From Leucoraja ocellata (lineage: Eukaryota), in the NCBI GenBank assembly GCA_036785375.1, contig JAWMAR010001868.1, positions 62,001-126,000 of the forward strand: 64,000 nucleotides of DNA, read 5' to 3'. Position numbers and translations under genes: made by a program. Position 1 is the stretch's first letter. Each line of letters starts with the position of its first letter. A model generated the notes under the pieces. It was given only the letters and a program-made list of their open reading frames with translations. It did not search any database and was not told where the DNA came from. Shown piece by piece: positions 48,085 to 60,370 of this stretch.

Positions 48085-49394
48085 CAAAGATCTTATAGCG
48101 AAGCAAGATAGGCTACTCCTGCTAAATGCAATGGACTGACGTGTAGTACGCTATGGAGGGGATCATGGGCATTTTTCCACGCCCATTTTAGCAACCTGAG
48201 CCTACCTAACCCGACCCGACTCGCACTGTAATCAATGTTGCGGGGCAACAGTTTGTGTGGGTCAGATTCATAAATCTGTCAGTTCAAACTTCTTGTCAAG
48301 AATAAAATTTGATTCTGGTAATTGTCTTTTTTAATGTTTTTTAAATCATTTCTTTTTTAATGGCTCACAAGCAGTGTTTGAGTTGATTTTGTAGTAACCG
48401 GAACCGACCCGACTCGCAGGGTGATTGACAGGGGGGGACTTTTTGTGCGTGATTATAGGGTTAGATTCATAATTCTGTTAGTTCATAATTCTGTTGATTC
48501 TTGTTAAAGAATAAAATGTTTATAAACACACATACATGAAAATTATATAAATGTATATAACACACACAATTATATTTCTTCTAATCCAATAATGAACTTT
48601 ATTTCAGACTAGACAAGGGACATTAAATAAGAAACATTGTCTTGGGGCACTCTCTCTCCCCGCTGCCCCGGGCCCCGCACTCTCTCTCCCCGCTGCCCCG
48701 GGCCCCGCACTCTCTCTCCCCGCTGCCCCGGACCCCGCGCTCTCTCTCCCCGCTGCCCCGGGCCCCGCACTCCTTCTCCCCTCTGCCCCGCACTCTCTCT
48801 CCCCGCTGCCCCGGACCCCGCACTCTCTCTCCCCGCTGCCCCGGGCCCCGCACTCTCTCTCCCCGCTGCCCCGGACCCCGCGCTCTCTCTCCCCGCTGCC
48901 CCGGGCCCCGCACTCCTTCTCCCCGCTGCCCCGCACTCTCTCTCCCCGCTGCCCCGGACCCCGCACTCTCTCTCCCCGCTGCCCCGGACCCCACACTCTC
49001 TCTCCCCTCTGCCCCGCACTCCTTCTCCCCGCTGCCCCGCACTCTCTCTCCCCGCTGCCCCGCACTCTCTCTCCCCGCTGCCCCGGGCCCGCACTCCTTC
49101 TCCCCACTGCCCCGCACTCTCTCTCCCCGCTGCCCCGGGCCCCGCACTCCTTCTCCCTGCTGCCCTGCACTCTCTCTCCCCGCTGCCCCGGGCCCCGCAC
49201 TCCTTCTCCCCGCTGCGGATCCAATCTTTGGCCAGAAGCAAGAAGGCGGGAGCAAGAAAGCGGAACAAGATGGCGGAACAAGATGGCGGAGTCAGGTTGC
49301 TAAAATGTGTCCTATAATCACCCATGAATCCGCCCATGAGCGTACCTCACGTTTGCGTGAGAGTAATCCATCTTGCTTCATTATAAGATCTTTG
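48085..49394. mobile_element. Non-autonomous DNA transposon with CA...TG ends and 8-bp TSD (hAT- or P-type), carrying a GC-rich minisatellite
   Basis: TIRs CAAAGATCTTATAgcGAAGCAAGAT / ATCTTGCTTCatTATAAGATCTTTG; TSD GTATAAAC at 48077-48084 and 49395-49402; removing it restores the CR1 sequence. Confidence 0.88.
48645..49215. repeat. GC-rich minisatellite, ~23/30-bp unit (GCACTCTCTCTCCCCGCTGCCCCGGGCCCC)
   Basis: Direct inspection; explains the repetitive ORFs in several frames. Confidence 0.95.
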
Positions 49395-51719
49395 GTATAA
49401 ACCAAGTCTATCCAGTCTTTCTTCATAAGACAGTCCTGACATCCCAGGAATCAGTCTGGTGAACCTTCTCTGCACTCCTTCTATGGCAATAATGTCCTTC
49501 CTCAGATTTGGAGACCAAAACTGTACGCAATACTCCAGGTGTGGTCTCACCAAGACCCTGTGCAACTGCAGTAGAACCTCCCTGCTCCTATACTCAAATC
49601 CTTTCGCTATGAAAGCTAACATACCATTCGCTTTCTTCACTGCCTGCTACACCTGCATGCCTACTTTCAATGACTGGTGTACCATGACACCCGGGTCTCA
49701 CTGCATCTCCCCTTTTCCTAGTCGGCCACCATTTAGATAATAGTCTGCTTTCCTGTTTGTGCCACCATAATGGATAACCTCACATTTATCCACATTATAC
49801 TGCATCTGCCAAAAATTTGCCCACTCACCCAGCCTATCCAAGTCACCTTGCAGTCTGCTAGCATCCTCCTCACAGCTAACACTGCCCCCCAGCATAGTGT
49901 CATCCGCAAACATGGAGATATTGCCTTCAAATCCCTCATCCAGATCATTAATATATATTGTAAATAGCTGGGGTCCCAGCACTGAGCCTTGCGGTACCCC
50001 ACTAGTCACTGCCTGCCATTGTGAAAAGGACCCGTTTACTCCCACTCTTTGCATCCTGTTTGCCAGGCAGTTCTCTATCCACATCAATACTGAACCCCCA
50101 ATGCCGTGTGCTTTAAGTTTGTATACTAATCTCTTATGTGGGACCTTGTCGAAAGCCTTCTGGAAGTCCAGATACACCACATTCACTGGTTCTCCCCTAT
50201 CCACGCTACTAGTTACATCCTCGAAAAATTCTATAAGATTCGTCAGACATGATTTACCTTTCGTAAATCCATGCTGACTTTGTCCAATGATTTCACCACT
50301 TTCCAAATGTGCTGCTATCCCATCTTTAATAACTGACTCTAGCAGTTTCCCCACTACCGATGTTAGACTAACTGGTCTGTAATTCCCCGTTTTCTCTCTC
50401 CCTCCCTTCTTAAAAAGTGGGGTTACGTTTGCTACCCGCCAATCCTCAGGAACTACTCCAGAATCTAAAGAGTTTTGAAAGATTATTACAAATGCATCCA
50501 CTATTTCTGGAGCTACTTCATTAAGTACTCTGGGATGCAGCCTATCTGGTCCTGGGGATTTATCGGCCTTTAATCCATTCAATTTACCCAACACCACTTC
50601 CCGACTAACCTGGATTTCACTCAATTCCTCCACCTCCTTTGACACGCGGTCCCCTGCTATTTCCGGCGGATTATTTATGTCTTCCTTAGTGAAGACGGAA
50701 CCAAAGTAGTTATTCCATTGGTCCGCCATATCCTTGTTCCCCATGATCAACTCGCCTGTTTCTGACTGCAAGGGACCTACATTTGTTTTAACTAATCTCT
50801 TTCTTTTCACATATCTATAAAAACTTTTGCAGTCAGTTTTTATGTTCCCTGCCAGTTTTCTTTCATAATCTATTTTTCCTTTCCTAATTAAGCCCTTTGT
50901 CCTCCTCTGCTGGTCTCTGAATTTCTCCCAGCCTTCCGGTATGCTGCTTTTTCTGGCTAATTTGTATGCATCATCCTTCACTTTGATACTATCCCTGATT
51001 TCCCTTGTTATCCACGGATGCACTACCTTCCTTGATTTATTCTTTTGCCAAACTGGGATGACCAATTTTTGTAGTTCATCCATGCAGTCTTTAAATGTCT
51101 TCCATTGCATATCCACCGTCAACCCTTTTAGAATTAATTGCCAGTTAATCTTGGCCAATTCATGTCTCATACCCGCAAAGTTACCTTTCTTTAAGTTCAG
51201 AACCATTGTTTCTGAATTTACAATGTCACTCTCCATCCTAATGAAGAACTCAACCATATTATGGTCACTCTTGCGTTAATCTCCTCTATAATCAGCAACG
51301 CTACCCCACCTCCTTTTCCTTTCTCTCTATCCCTCCTGAATATTGAATATCCCTGGATGTTCAGCTCCCAGCCTTGGACACCGTGGAGCCATGTCTCCGT
51401 GATCCCAACTATATCAGAATCATTAATGGCTATCTGCACATTCAACTCATCCACCTTATTACGAATACTCCTTGCATTGAGACAAAAAGCCTTCAGGCTT
51501 GTTTTTACAACTTTCTTACCCCCTTATACAATTATGTTGAAAAGTGGCCCTTTTTGATTTCTGCCCTGGTTTTGTCTGCCTGCCACTTTTACTTTTCACC
51601 TTGCTACCCATTGCTTCTACCCTCATTTTACACCCCCTGCCTCTCTGCACTTGTACCCATCCCCCTGCCACATTAGTTTAAATCCTCCCCGACAGCACTA
51701 GCAAACACTTCCCCAAGGA

Positions 51720-52722
51720 GGTTACACAAAAAAGCTGGAGAAACTCAGCGGGTGCAGCAGCATCTATGGAGCGAAGGAAATAGGCAACGTTTCGGGCCGA
51801 AACCCTTCTTCAGACTGATCGGGGGCGGGGGTGGGTGGGGACAAGAAAGGGAAAAGGAGGAGTAGCCCGAAGGCTGGGGGATGGGAGGAGACAGCAGGGG
51901 GGCTGAGGAAGGGGAGGAGACAGCAAGGACTAACAAATTTGGGAGAATTCGATGTTCATGCCCCCGGGATGCAGACTCCCCAAACGGAATATGAGGTGCT
52001 GTTCCTCCAATTTCCGGTGCTGCTCGCTGTGGCCATGGAGGAGACCCAGGACAGAGAGGTCGGAGACGGAGTGGGAGGGGGAGTTGAAGTGCTGAGCCAC
52101 CGGGAGGTCAGCTTGGCCCTCGACTCCGTTCAAGGACCCAAGCAATCATTCCAGGTGCGACAGAGGTTTACCTGCATCTCTTCCAACCTCATCTATTGCG
52201 TCCGCTGCTCTAGATGTCAGCAGATCTATATCGGTGAGACCAAGCGGAGGTTGGGCGATCGTTTCGCCGAACACCTCCGCTCGGTCCGCAATAACCAAGC
52301 TGACCTCCCGGTGGCTCAGCACTTCAACTCCCCCTCCCACTCCGTCTCCGACCTCTCTGTCCTGGGTCTCCTCCATGGCCACAGCGAGCAGCACCGGAAA
52401 TTGGAGGAACAGCACCTCATATTCCGTTTGGGGAGTCTGCATCCCGGGGGCATGAACATCGAATTCTCCCAATTTTGTTAGTCCTTGCTGTCTCCTCCCC
52501 TTCCTCAGCCCCCCTGCTGTCTCCTCCCATCGCCCAGCCTTCGGGCTACTCCTCCTTTTCCCTTTCTTGTCCCCACCCACCCCCGCCCCCGATCAGTCTG
52601 AAGAAGGGTTTCGGCCCGAAACGTTGCCTATTTCCTTCGCTCCATAGATGCTGCTGCACCCGCTGAGTTTCTCCAGCTTCTTTGTGAAACCTTTGATTCT
52701 CCAGCATCTGCAGTTCCCTCTT
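51720..52722. mobile_element. Penelope-like element with inverted pLTR architecture and GIY-YIG domain
   Basis: ~51724-52113 is the reverse complement of ~52298-52687; GIY-YIG motif NLIYCVRCSRCQQIYIGETKRRLGDRFAEH; 17-bp direct repeat AAACACTTCCCCAAGGA at 51703-51719 and 52723-52739. Confidence 0.92.
52598..52625 (+). ncRNA. Minimal hammerhead ribozyme motif in Penelope pLTR
   Basis: CTGAAGA-A-GGGT(TTCG)GCCC-GAAAC-GTT; identical motif at 11740-11767(+) and 51786-51813(-), one-mismatch copy at 30101-30128(-). Confidence 0.7.
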
Positions 52723-55276
52723 AAACACTTCCCCAAGGACATTGGTTCCATTCCAGCCCAGGTGCAGACCGTCCTGTTTGTACTGGTCCCACCTCGCCCA
52801 GAACTGGTTCCAATGCCCTAAAAATTTGAATCCCTCCCCCTTGCACCATTTTTCAAGCCACGTATTCATCTGCAATATCCTCCTATTTCTACTCTGACTG
52901 GCCCGTGGTACTGGTAGTAATCCAGAGTTTATTACCTTTGAGGTCCTACTTTTAAGTTTATCTCCTAGCTCCCTAAATTCATCTTTTAGGACCTCATCCC
53001 TTTTTTTACCTATATCGTCGGTGCCAATATGCACCACGACAACTGGCTGTTCACCCTCCCCCTCCAGAATGTTCTGCAGCCGTTCAGTGACATCCCTGAC
53101 CCTTGCACCAGGGAGGCAAGATACCATCCTGGAGTCTCGTTTGCGGCCGCAGAAATAGCCTATCTATTCCCCTGACAATTGAATCCCCTATTACTATTGC
53201 CCTTCCACTCTTTTTCCCCCCCTCACGTGCTGCAGAGCCACCCATGGTGCCATGAACTGCTGCATTCCCCTGATGAGCCATCTCCCTCAACAGTATCCAA
53301 AATGGTATAACTGTTTAGGAGGGAGATGACCGCAGGAGGCTCCTGCACTACCTGCCTACTGCTTTGCTGGCTATTGGCCTCCCGTTCCCTTTCTGTCCTC
53401 TTACCTTTTACCTGCGGTGTGACCAACTCGCTGTACGTGCTATCCACGACTCTCTCAGCATCGTGGATGCTCCAGTATGAATCCAGCCGCAGTTCCAATC
53501 GTTCAATGCGGTCTGCCAGGAGCTGCAGCTGGACACACTTCCTGCAAACGTAGTCACCAGGGACACCGACCATATCTCTGATCTCCCATATGTTGCAGGC
53601 TGAGCAAACCACGGGGCCAATCTCCACTGACATATCTTACTCCAAAATTAACTCTATATTAAATATTAAAAAACACAAAACTTTATCCCTTAACTTTTAC
53701 TAATAAATACTGTACCCTTAACTCCCAGAGTCCTTAACCTGAAGGCAGAAATGTAAAAATGTAAACCCGGTCCTCTTCCACCAATCAGAGGCTTCCCCCA
53801 GACTCCTTCTCTGGAACGTTGCCGATTTTGGTGTCAGGTACTCCTCCCCTCGCACCAACAGCTCCCTGGGCCTCTGTGAAAACAAGCCCCGCGATGTATT
53901 TTGTACTTACAGCGCAGGTACTCCTCCCCTCGCACCAACGGCTCTCTGGACACAACTGATTCACTTCCACCACGTTTACACCACAGGTCTTCAACCAGTC
54001 CACAACTGCACTTCACTGCTCTTAAACAGAGGCTGACTCAGGAAGGAAGTTGAAATAAATCAAATCAGACAACTTGAAGAGGATAAAAAAACGTAACCAT
54101 CATTAGTAGAAACAAGGAACTTTAGATGCTGGTTTATACCAAAGATACAAAGCGCTGGAGCAACTCAAGTCAGGAAGCATCTCTGGAGAAAAAGGATGGG
54201 TAACGTTTCAGTCAGGATCATTCTGCGAGCCATCATTAATTGTTTGCAAATCAGGATGAAGTAAAGCAAAACAAAATGCAGATTCAGGAATTCTGGCAAA
54301 TCCAAAACTGTGAAATTGCTATTTGCCTGAGATGCTATCCACACCATTGAGTTTGGTCCATAACCCTCAAACTTTTCCCATCCACGTACCTGTCTAACTG
54401 TATCTTAAATGTTGGGATAGTCCCCTCTGGCAGCTTTTTCCATACACCCACCACCTTTGTATCAAAAAGTTACCCTTCAGATTCGTATTAAATCATTTCC
54501 CCTTCACCTTAAACCTAAGGATGAATCATCTTAATCTGGCAAATTTCCAAACAGGTTGTTTAAAGAATTAGTGAACATCATAATCAGTTATTTCCCAATC
54601 TTTAGGAAATGGATTTCCACCTTCTCCACCTGTGGCACTCCTGAAACGGCTGTGAATAGCTGTGTATGGTTCCAGTTTTTCATTCTTTGCTAGGACAACA
54701 TGCTGGAGGAACTCAGCTCGACAGACACTGCATCTTATCCACATCCATCTGTTGCTCCCTCCCTGTCTCTGACCTGCTTTCTCTCAGCTTGTGGAGAGCA
54801 GTTCTCTCACCCTGAGTGGAGGGGAAGGGGAGAGTGGTGAGGGGTGCGAGGTGGGGGAGAGAAGAGGAGGGTGTATGGGGAGGAGGGGAGAGTGGTGAAG
54901 GGGGGATAAAGTGGGGGTGAGGGGGGTCATTCTGGTCACAACCCCCCCCCCCCCGGGTTCAGGGGCATTTCCGGCGGAAACGAAACGTCCGTCGAAGACC
55001 CGCTCCCGCCCAAACATGGCGAGAAGTGACGTCGTGTCCCGTGGGAATGGCGCCGGTTGAAGGGTGAAGCCGGGCTGGACCCCGTCACGTGTCGGGGGAG
55101 CAGCTGTTGGGGGGGGGGAGGGGGAGGGGAGAGAGGCAGCTTCACTCTTATAGAGGCGCCTCTATAATGTTTGATACAGAGAGTACAGGCTGCAGCCCTT
55201 CCCCCTCCCACCCTCCCTCCCTCTTCCCGCTGCCCGCCCCAGTGGACAATGTGTGTGAGGTACAGACAGTGCTGGC

Positions 55277-55357
55277 CAAAGATCCTATAATGGAGCAAGA
55301 TAGTTTACTGCTGCCAAATGCAATGGGCTGACGTGAAGACCACTACGGTGGGGATCC
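55277..55357 (+). mobile_element. Left end of a second copy of the 48085-49394 DNA transposon family
   Basis: CAAAGATCCTATAATGGAGCAAGATAG...AAATGCAATGGGCTGACGTG aligns by eye to 48085-48165. Confidence 0.7.
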
Positions 55358-58300
55358 AACTTTATTCCTTTTCCTTTCCCTCCACACTCTAGAAGTTTCT
55401 TTACTGATATTTCTGTCAATCCAATTTTCCTCATTTCAATGATCATAAATCCTCTTTCTGTCTCATATCTCCTACATGCAACTAGGGCATGCTGAACTGT
55501 TTCTGGCTGTTGGCATTCCTCACACAGCCCAGTAGGGTGTTTTCCCAATATTTTTAATGTGCTGTTCAGGTGAATGTGTCCTATCCTCCATCTTGTTAAT
55601 ACTACCTGTTCCCTCCTGTTCCCCCCTCTTCTTGCTGCAATGCCCACTCTGTTTTGTATCGAATAGAGGTGTCTCCCCTTTGTCTCCTGTTCCCAGTATT
55701 GTTGCCATTCCTGATTTATTTTCTTCCACACAATGTGTTTTCCTTCAGATTTGGATAGTTGTAAGTTTACCTCTATGTTTCTTTTTTTTTTTAAAGCCTC
55801 CTTTGCTAATTTATCCACCTTTTCATTCTCTAGAACACCAATGTGTGCTGGGACCCACAACAAAGTCACGTCACTGCCCCTCCTTGTCACTTGGCTTAAT
55901 AGTAGCAGGATTTCATAAACTAAGTCAGGCCGCCTATGGGATGCACCAGACCCAATACTCTGGATTGCAGATAATGAGTCGCTACATATTAATACTTTAC
56001 ATGGTTGCATCAGTTCCATCCACCGAACTGCCATCAAAATAGCGTACAGTTCCACTGTATATACTGTCAAATAGTTATTTGTTCTTTTGTAAAGCTCAAC
56101 ATTCATCCCCTGGACTACCACCGCCGCCCCTGTTGTTTCAGCTACTGGGTCCTTTGATCCATCTGTGAAAATTAAGAGGTGTTCCCTGTATCTATTATCT
56201 ATATGGTTATGATATTCTGTCTTTAGGTCTGAATTTTTGTTCCTCCTTTTTGCCTCCCATATCTCCAGATCAACTTTTGGGATGTTCAGTAACCATATTG
56301 GCACAGATGGCCACAATACTGCAGGGCAGAACTCTTTGTCCTCTACTCCCATGTCCCTTGCCACAACTCCTCCAACCCAGCCGAAGCTTCCAGACTGAGC
56401 CACCCCTCTCTCCCAGGAAACGGAAATCTTTTACTCTTTCCAAATTGTTGCCGTATACTTTTAACTGGACATCCTCTTTAATTTTTTTCCTTGTGAAAAC
56501 CATTGTCTTTGTCTTCTCTATAGAGAAGTTAAAACCCCATTTCCCTCCCCACTCTTCCACCTGGGCTATCCCTTGCTGTACTTTTTCCATGATAAAATCT
56601 ATATTCCTCCCCCTTCTCCATAGGCTGCCATCATCTGCAAAGAGCGATCGCCCCATCTCTGGTTGAATGTTTGCAAATATATCATTGATCATGATTGAGA
56701 ATAGGATCGGGCTTATCGCACTTTCCTGGGGAGTTCCATTCTCGACTACACATTTACTAGAGATGTCTGACCCTATTTTAACTTGGATACTTCTACCGTT
56801 GAGAAAATCCATTATCCAGTTAAAAATATTTCCTCCTATTCCCATTAAATGCAGCTTTATTAGAAGACCTTCTCTCCACAACATATCGTAAGCCTTCTCT
56901 ACATCAAAAAATATGGTAACTACAGATTCTTTTTTGACTTGTGCTTTCCTTATCTCATCTTCCAAGCACAGAACTGGATCATTAGTACCTCTCCCTTTTC
57001 TAAAGCCACTCTGATAATTAGCCACTATACCTTTTTCTTCCATTAGATGCATTAATCTTTCATTTACCATTCTTTCCATCAGTTTACACATGTGTGCTGT
57101 TAAAGCTATAGGTCTATAATTTACTGGATTACTTGCATCTTTCCCTGGTTTTCTAATAGGCGCAATGATTGCTTCCTTCCACCTCTCCGGTATTCGCCCT
57201 TCCTCCCACACCTTGTTATATAGTGCAAGTATCTTTTGGAGTCCCTCCTCACTTAGATGCTTTATCATTATGTAACAAATATCATCCTTCCCTGGGGCTG
57301 AGTTCTTATACTTGGCCAGAGCTCTCTTTAGCTCCCCCAAATTAAATGGAATATTGTACTTGTCCTCTGTGATACCTTTCCTTTGTAAGGCCTCAACATT
57401 TTCCTCTCTTGTTCTTTCCCTACCTCTTCTTCCTTCATCTGATAAGTTGTGGGAGCTGTGAACCCTACTATAAAGTGTTAACCATTAGTTCTGCTTTGTC
57501 TTTATTTGAGATTACAGTTTGATCTCCATTTGTTAGGATAGGATAACTCCACTCCCTTTTATCACCTTCCATTTTTTTAAATCATCCCCCATATCTCCCC
57601 TACCTATGTTGTGCTTCCAATTGAATCACAATACTTCCTCCAATATGCTCTTTTTGTTTGTCTTATAGTCCTCCTTACAATTGCCTGAGCCTGTTTGTAA
57701 TTAATCATGTGTTGGTAGATATGAGTTATTTTTAATAATCTGAATGCTCTGTATCTATTCACCACCACCACTTTACACTTATTGTCCCACCACGGCACAG
57801 CTTTCCTTTTTGATCTTCCTTTACTTTTAGGTATGGAAACTAATGCTGTTCTTTTGATACCTTCTGACAATTTATTCTCAAAGCTTTCTATATCTGTCTC
57901 TTCTTGTATCGGTTTTACATATCTAACACATTCCTCCTTAAATTTCTCCCAATTATCCTTTCCAAAAACCCATCGTCCACTTCTGTTTTCTTTACTCATA
58001 ATTAAAGTAACATTTATTTTGCATAGCACATGACGATGATCACTTCCTATGGTACCCTTTTCATATACTTCCCAGTCACATTTAGCAGCAATCCTATTAG
58101 AAACAAGCGTAAGGTCCAACACAGACTCCTTCCCTGTCCTAACATCTACCCTGGTCTTCTTTCCATCATTTAGACATACTAGATTACCATCATTTAATAA
58201 TTCCTCAATTACCAGCCCATTATTATCTGACTTTCCACTGCCCCATAATGTATTATGTGCGTTAAAGTCCCCACACCAAATAACATTAGATTTGCTCTGG

Positions 58301-59710
58301 CCTTCTACTTCCTGTAACTTACTGACCTCTAATCGTTTACATGGATTATAGTAATTTATTACCACTATTTTCCTCCTCTCAGACCATACTTCTATTACAA
58401 CATATTCCTGTTCCTGCCCAATTCCTAATACCCTGTATGGTATCCCTTTTTTAATGAAAGTGGCGCAACCCCCTCCTCCCCCATTTCCCCTATCACATCT
58501 CACTGCAACATAATCATATAGAACAAAATCTAAACTTGGTTTCAAACAGGTTTCCTGGATACATACGACATCTGGTTTTTCCTTCCTACTGTCTATGCAT
58601 TGCTTAAAGTCTTGCCCATTGGCTAACAAGCTTTGTGCATTCCATTGTAGGATTAACATTAATATTATTAACCCACACATGTTGACTCTTGGCTCGCCTG
58701 GATACTGAGACCATCATGTATTTCCTCCCACTTCAATCCTGCCATGCCCAAGTGGTGGACTGCAGCCTTTACTATGATTTGGATCCTTTCTGTTTTAGAT
58801 TTTACTTCTGCTGTCACATTTATCACTCCTGCTATAAATATAACCAGGTTTTTATTTTCTTTCCATATACTCTTTTCTTTTTCTTTTATTGTCTCCATTA
58901 TGCCCACATCTTGCTCCCTCCTGATCCTTCTTTCATTCATCTGTTTTGTAGGGCCAGCCCTCTTTGCTGCCTCTGCATAGGAGACCTTTTTCTTCACTCT
59001 TATGTTTTGTACTTCAGCTTCTCGTTTTATCACCTCACAGCCCCAGTGAGCCACACTATGCTCTCCTCCACAATTACAGCACTTTGGTCTGACCCCCTCT
59101 CCACACTGACCATATTCATGGTCCCCACTACACCTTGCGCATTTCCTCGCCCCCTTGCACATTTTAGCTATATGCCCAAATTTCTGACATTTGAAGCACC
59201 TTATTGGTTAGGGTACGTACTCTCTTACGCTATATCGCATGAATCCAAAATAGACCACTTTTGGAAGGGATTCTGTCTTGAATTCGACCAGGACTGACTC
59301 AGTTTCCTCTTTCTTTGCTCCTTTGGTCATTCTTTTGGCATTCATAATTAATTCACATCTCTTCCTGAGTTCCTGAACCAGTTCACTCATATTAACTATG
59401 AAAGGGATTCCATAGATAACCCCTTTACACCCTGCCGTCCTCCGTTCTCCCACTCTCACCACTTTTATTATTTTGGTTTTGTCAATCTTGTTCATTTTCA
59501 TTGCCTTTTCAACTTGAGCCTCACTGTTGCACCCTATTAGCATGTTTCCATCCTCCAGCACTCTTGCATACTTTACTTCCCCAACCTGGGCCCTGACTAT
59601 TTTTGTCAGCTTCAATGGATCTATCTTCTTTACTCCTCCTTCAAACCTCACAACTACATTTAACAAAATTTCCTTTTCTGGTTCCTTGTCTTCACTCTCC
59701 GATCCACCAG
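55358..59710 (-). mobile_element. I-group (Nimb-like) LINE: ORF1 with CCHC knuckles; ORF2 APE + RT + RNase H
   Basis: ORF1 59208..59726 and 58668..59162 (CARCSGDH, CCNCGGEH); endonuclease 57604..58680 (LQWNA, CIQET, GDFNAH, SDH); RT 56270..57340 (DVEKAYD, LFADD); RNase H in 55285..56403 (IFTDGSK, ELYAI, CSDSLSA, WVPAHIG..NEKVD). Confidence 0.92.
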
Positions 59711-59713
59711 TAT

Positions 59714-60370
59714 AGGGTGATTTCACGAAAGGTCACTGGATCATAGATCCTCACCCACGTGACCGCAAAATTTAACTGGGGTACCAACGTCACTTCCGGT
59801 ACATGTTATTGATGCTAGAAACGCAAACTTTCAAACCTGTTAAAAACCGCGAAAACGGCCCATTTTTGAGCTGCAAATAACTGTGCCAGTCGGGGTGACC
59901 GTGAGGCACAGTTATCTTACTTTACAGTCCAGAAGATAAAGAAAAGCGAAGGTAAAGACAAGAGAGCGCTGAAGGGGCAACAACTGCGGAAGTGTTTAGC
60001 AAACATTGGCCGTGGAGATATAAAGATAGAAAATATCGGGAATTTTCGCGTTTGCTCGCTGCATTTCATCAAAAGTAAGGCATTATGTTTTATCTTTATT
60101 AATGCGTCATATAAAATGTTTTAAAAGTGAAAAATCCATCATTAAAATTGCAAAATCGCCCATGGTTCTCAGGTGGGTTTTAACATGCAAAAAGAAAATG
60201 CTTCTGAAGCTACATTTACCATTTAAATAATTGTAAACCATAAATGCGTTTTGAAATGAATTTTACTCAGATGCAAGCAAAGGAATGGGATAATTGTCAG
60301 CTGTTAATTAGATAATAATAATAAAATGTCCTGATTTTGTCCAATTAACAGCTGACAATTATCCCATTCC
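59714..60370. mobile_element. Partial MITE related to 24477-25378
   Basis: Starts tat|AGGGTGATTTCACGAAAGGTCACTGGATCATAG, which matches the reverse complement of the 25378 end; shares internal blocks (aacattggcc, ctgcatttcatcaa); 28-bp perfect inverted repeat at ~60281-60370. Confidence 0.6.

Larger units (their letters stand above)
47659..54040 (-). mobile_element. Near full-length CR1 LINE with internal deletion and two nested insertions
   Basis: ORF1 pieces 53223..53633 (CSAC...CRKC), 53084..53290 (GDSIVRG) and 52546..53127 (HIGTDD, DGLHL); ORF2 pieces 51218..51454, 49698..51257, 49347..49640 and 47753..48106. Confidence 0.92.

Noticed and set aside
48604-49400. Five overlapping 210-250 aa ORFs
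   Set aside because: Artefacts of a stop-free GC-rich minisatellite inside a transposon.
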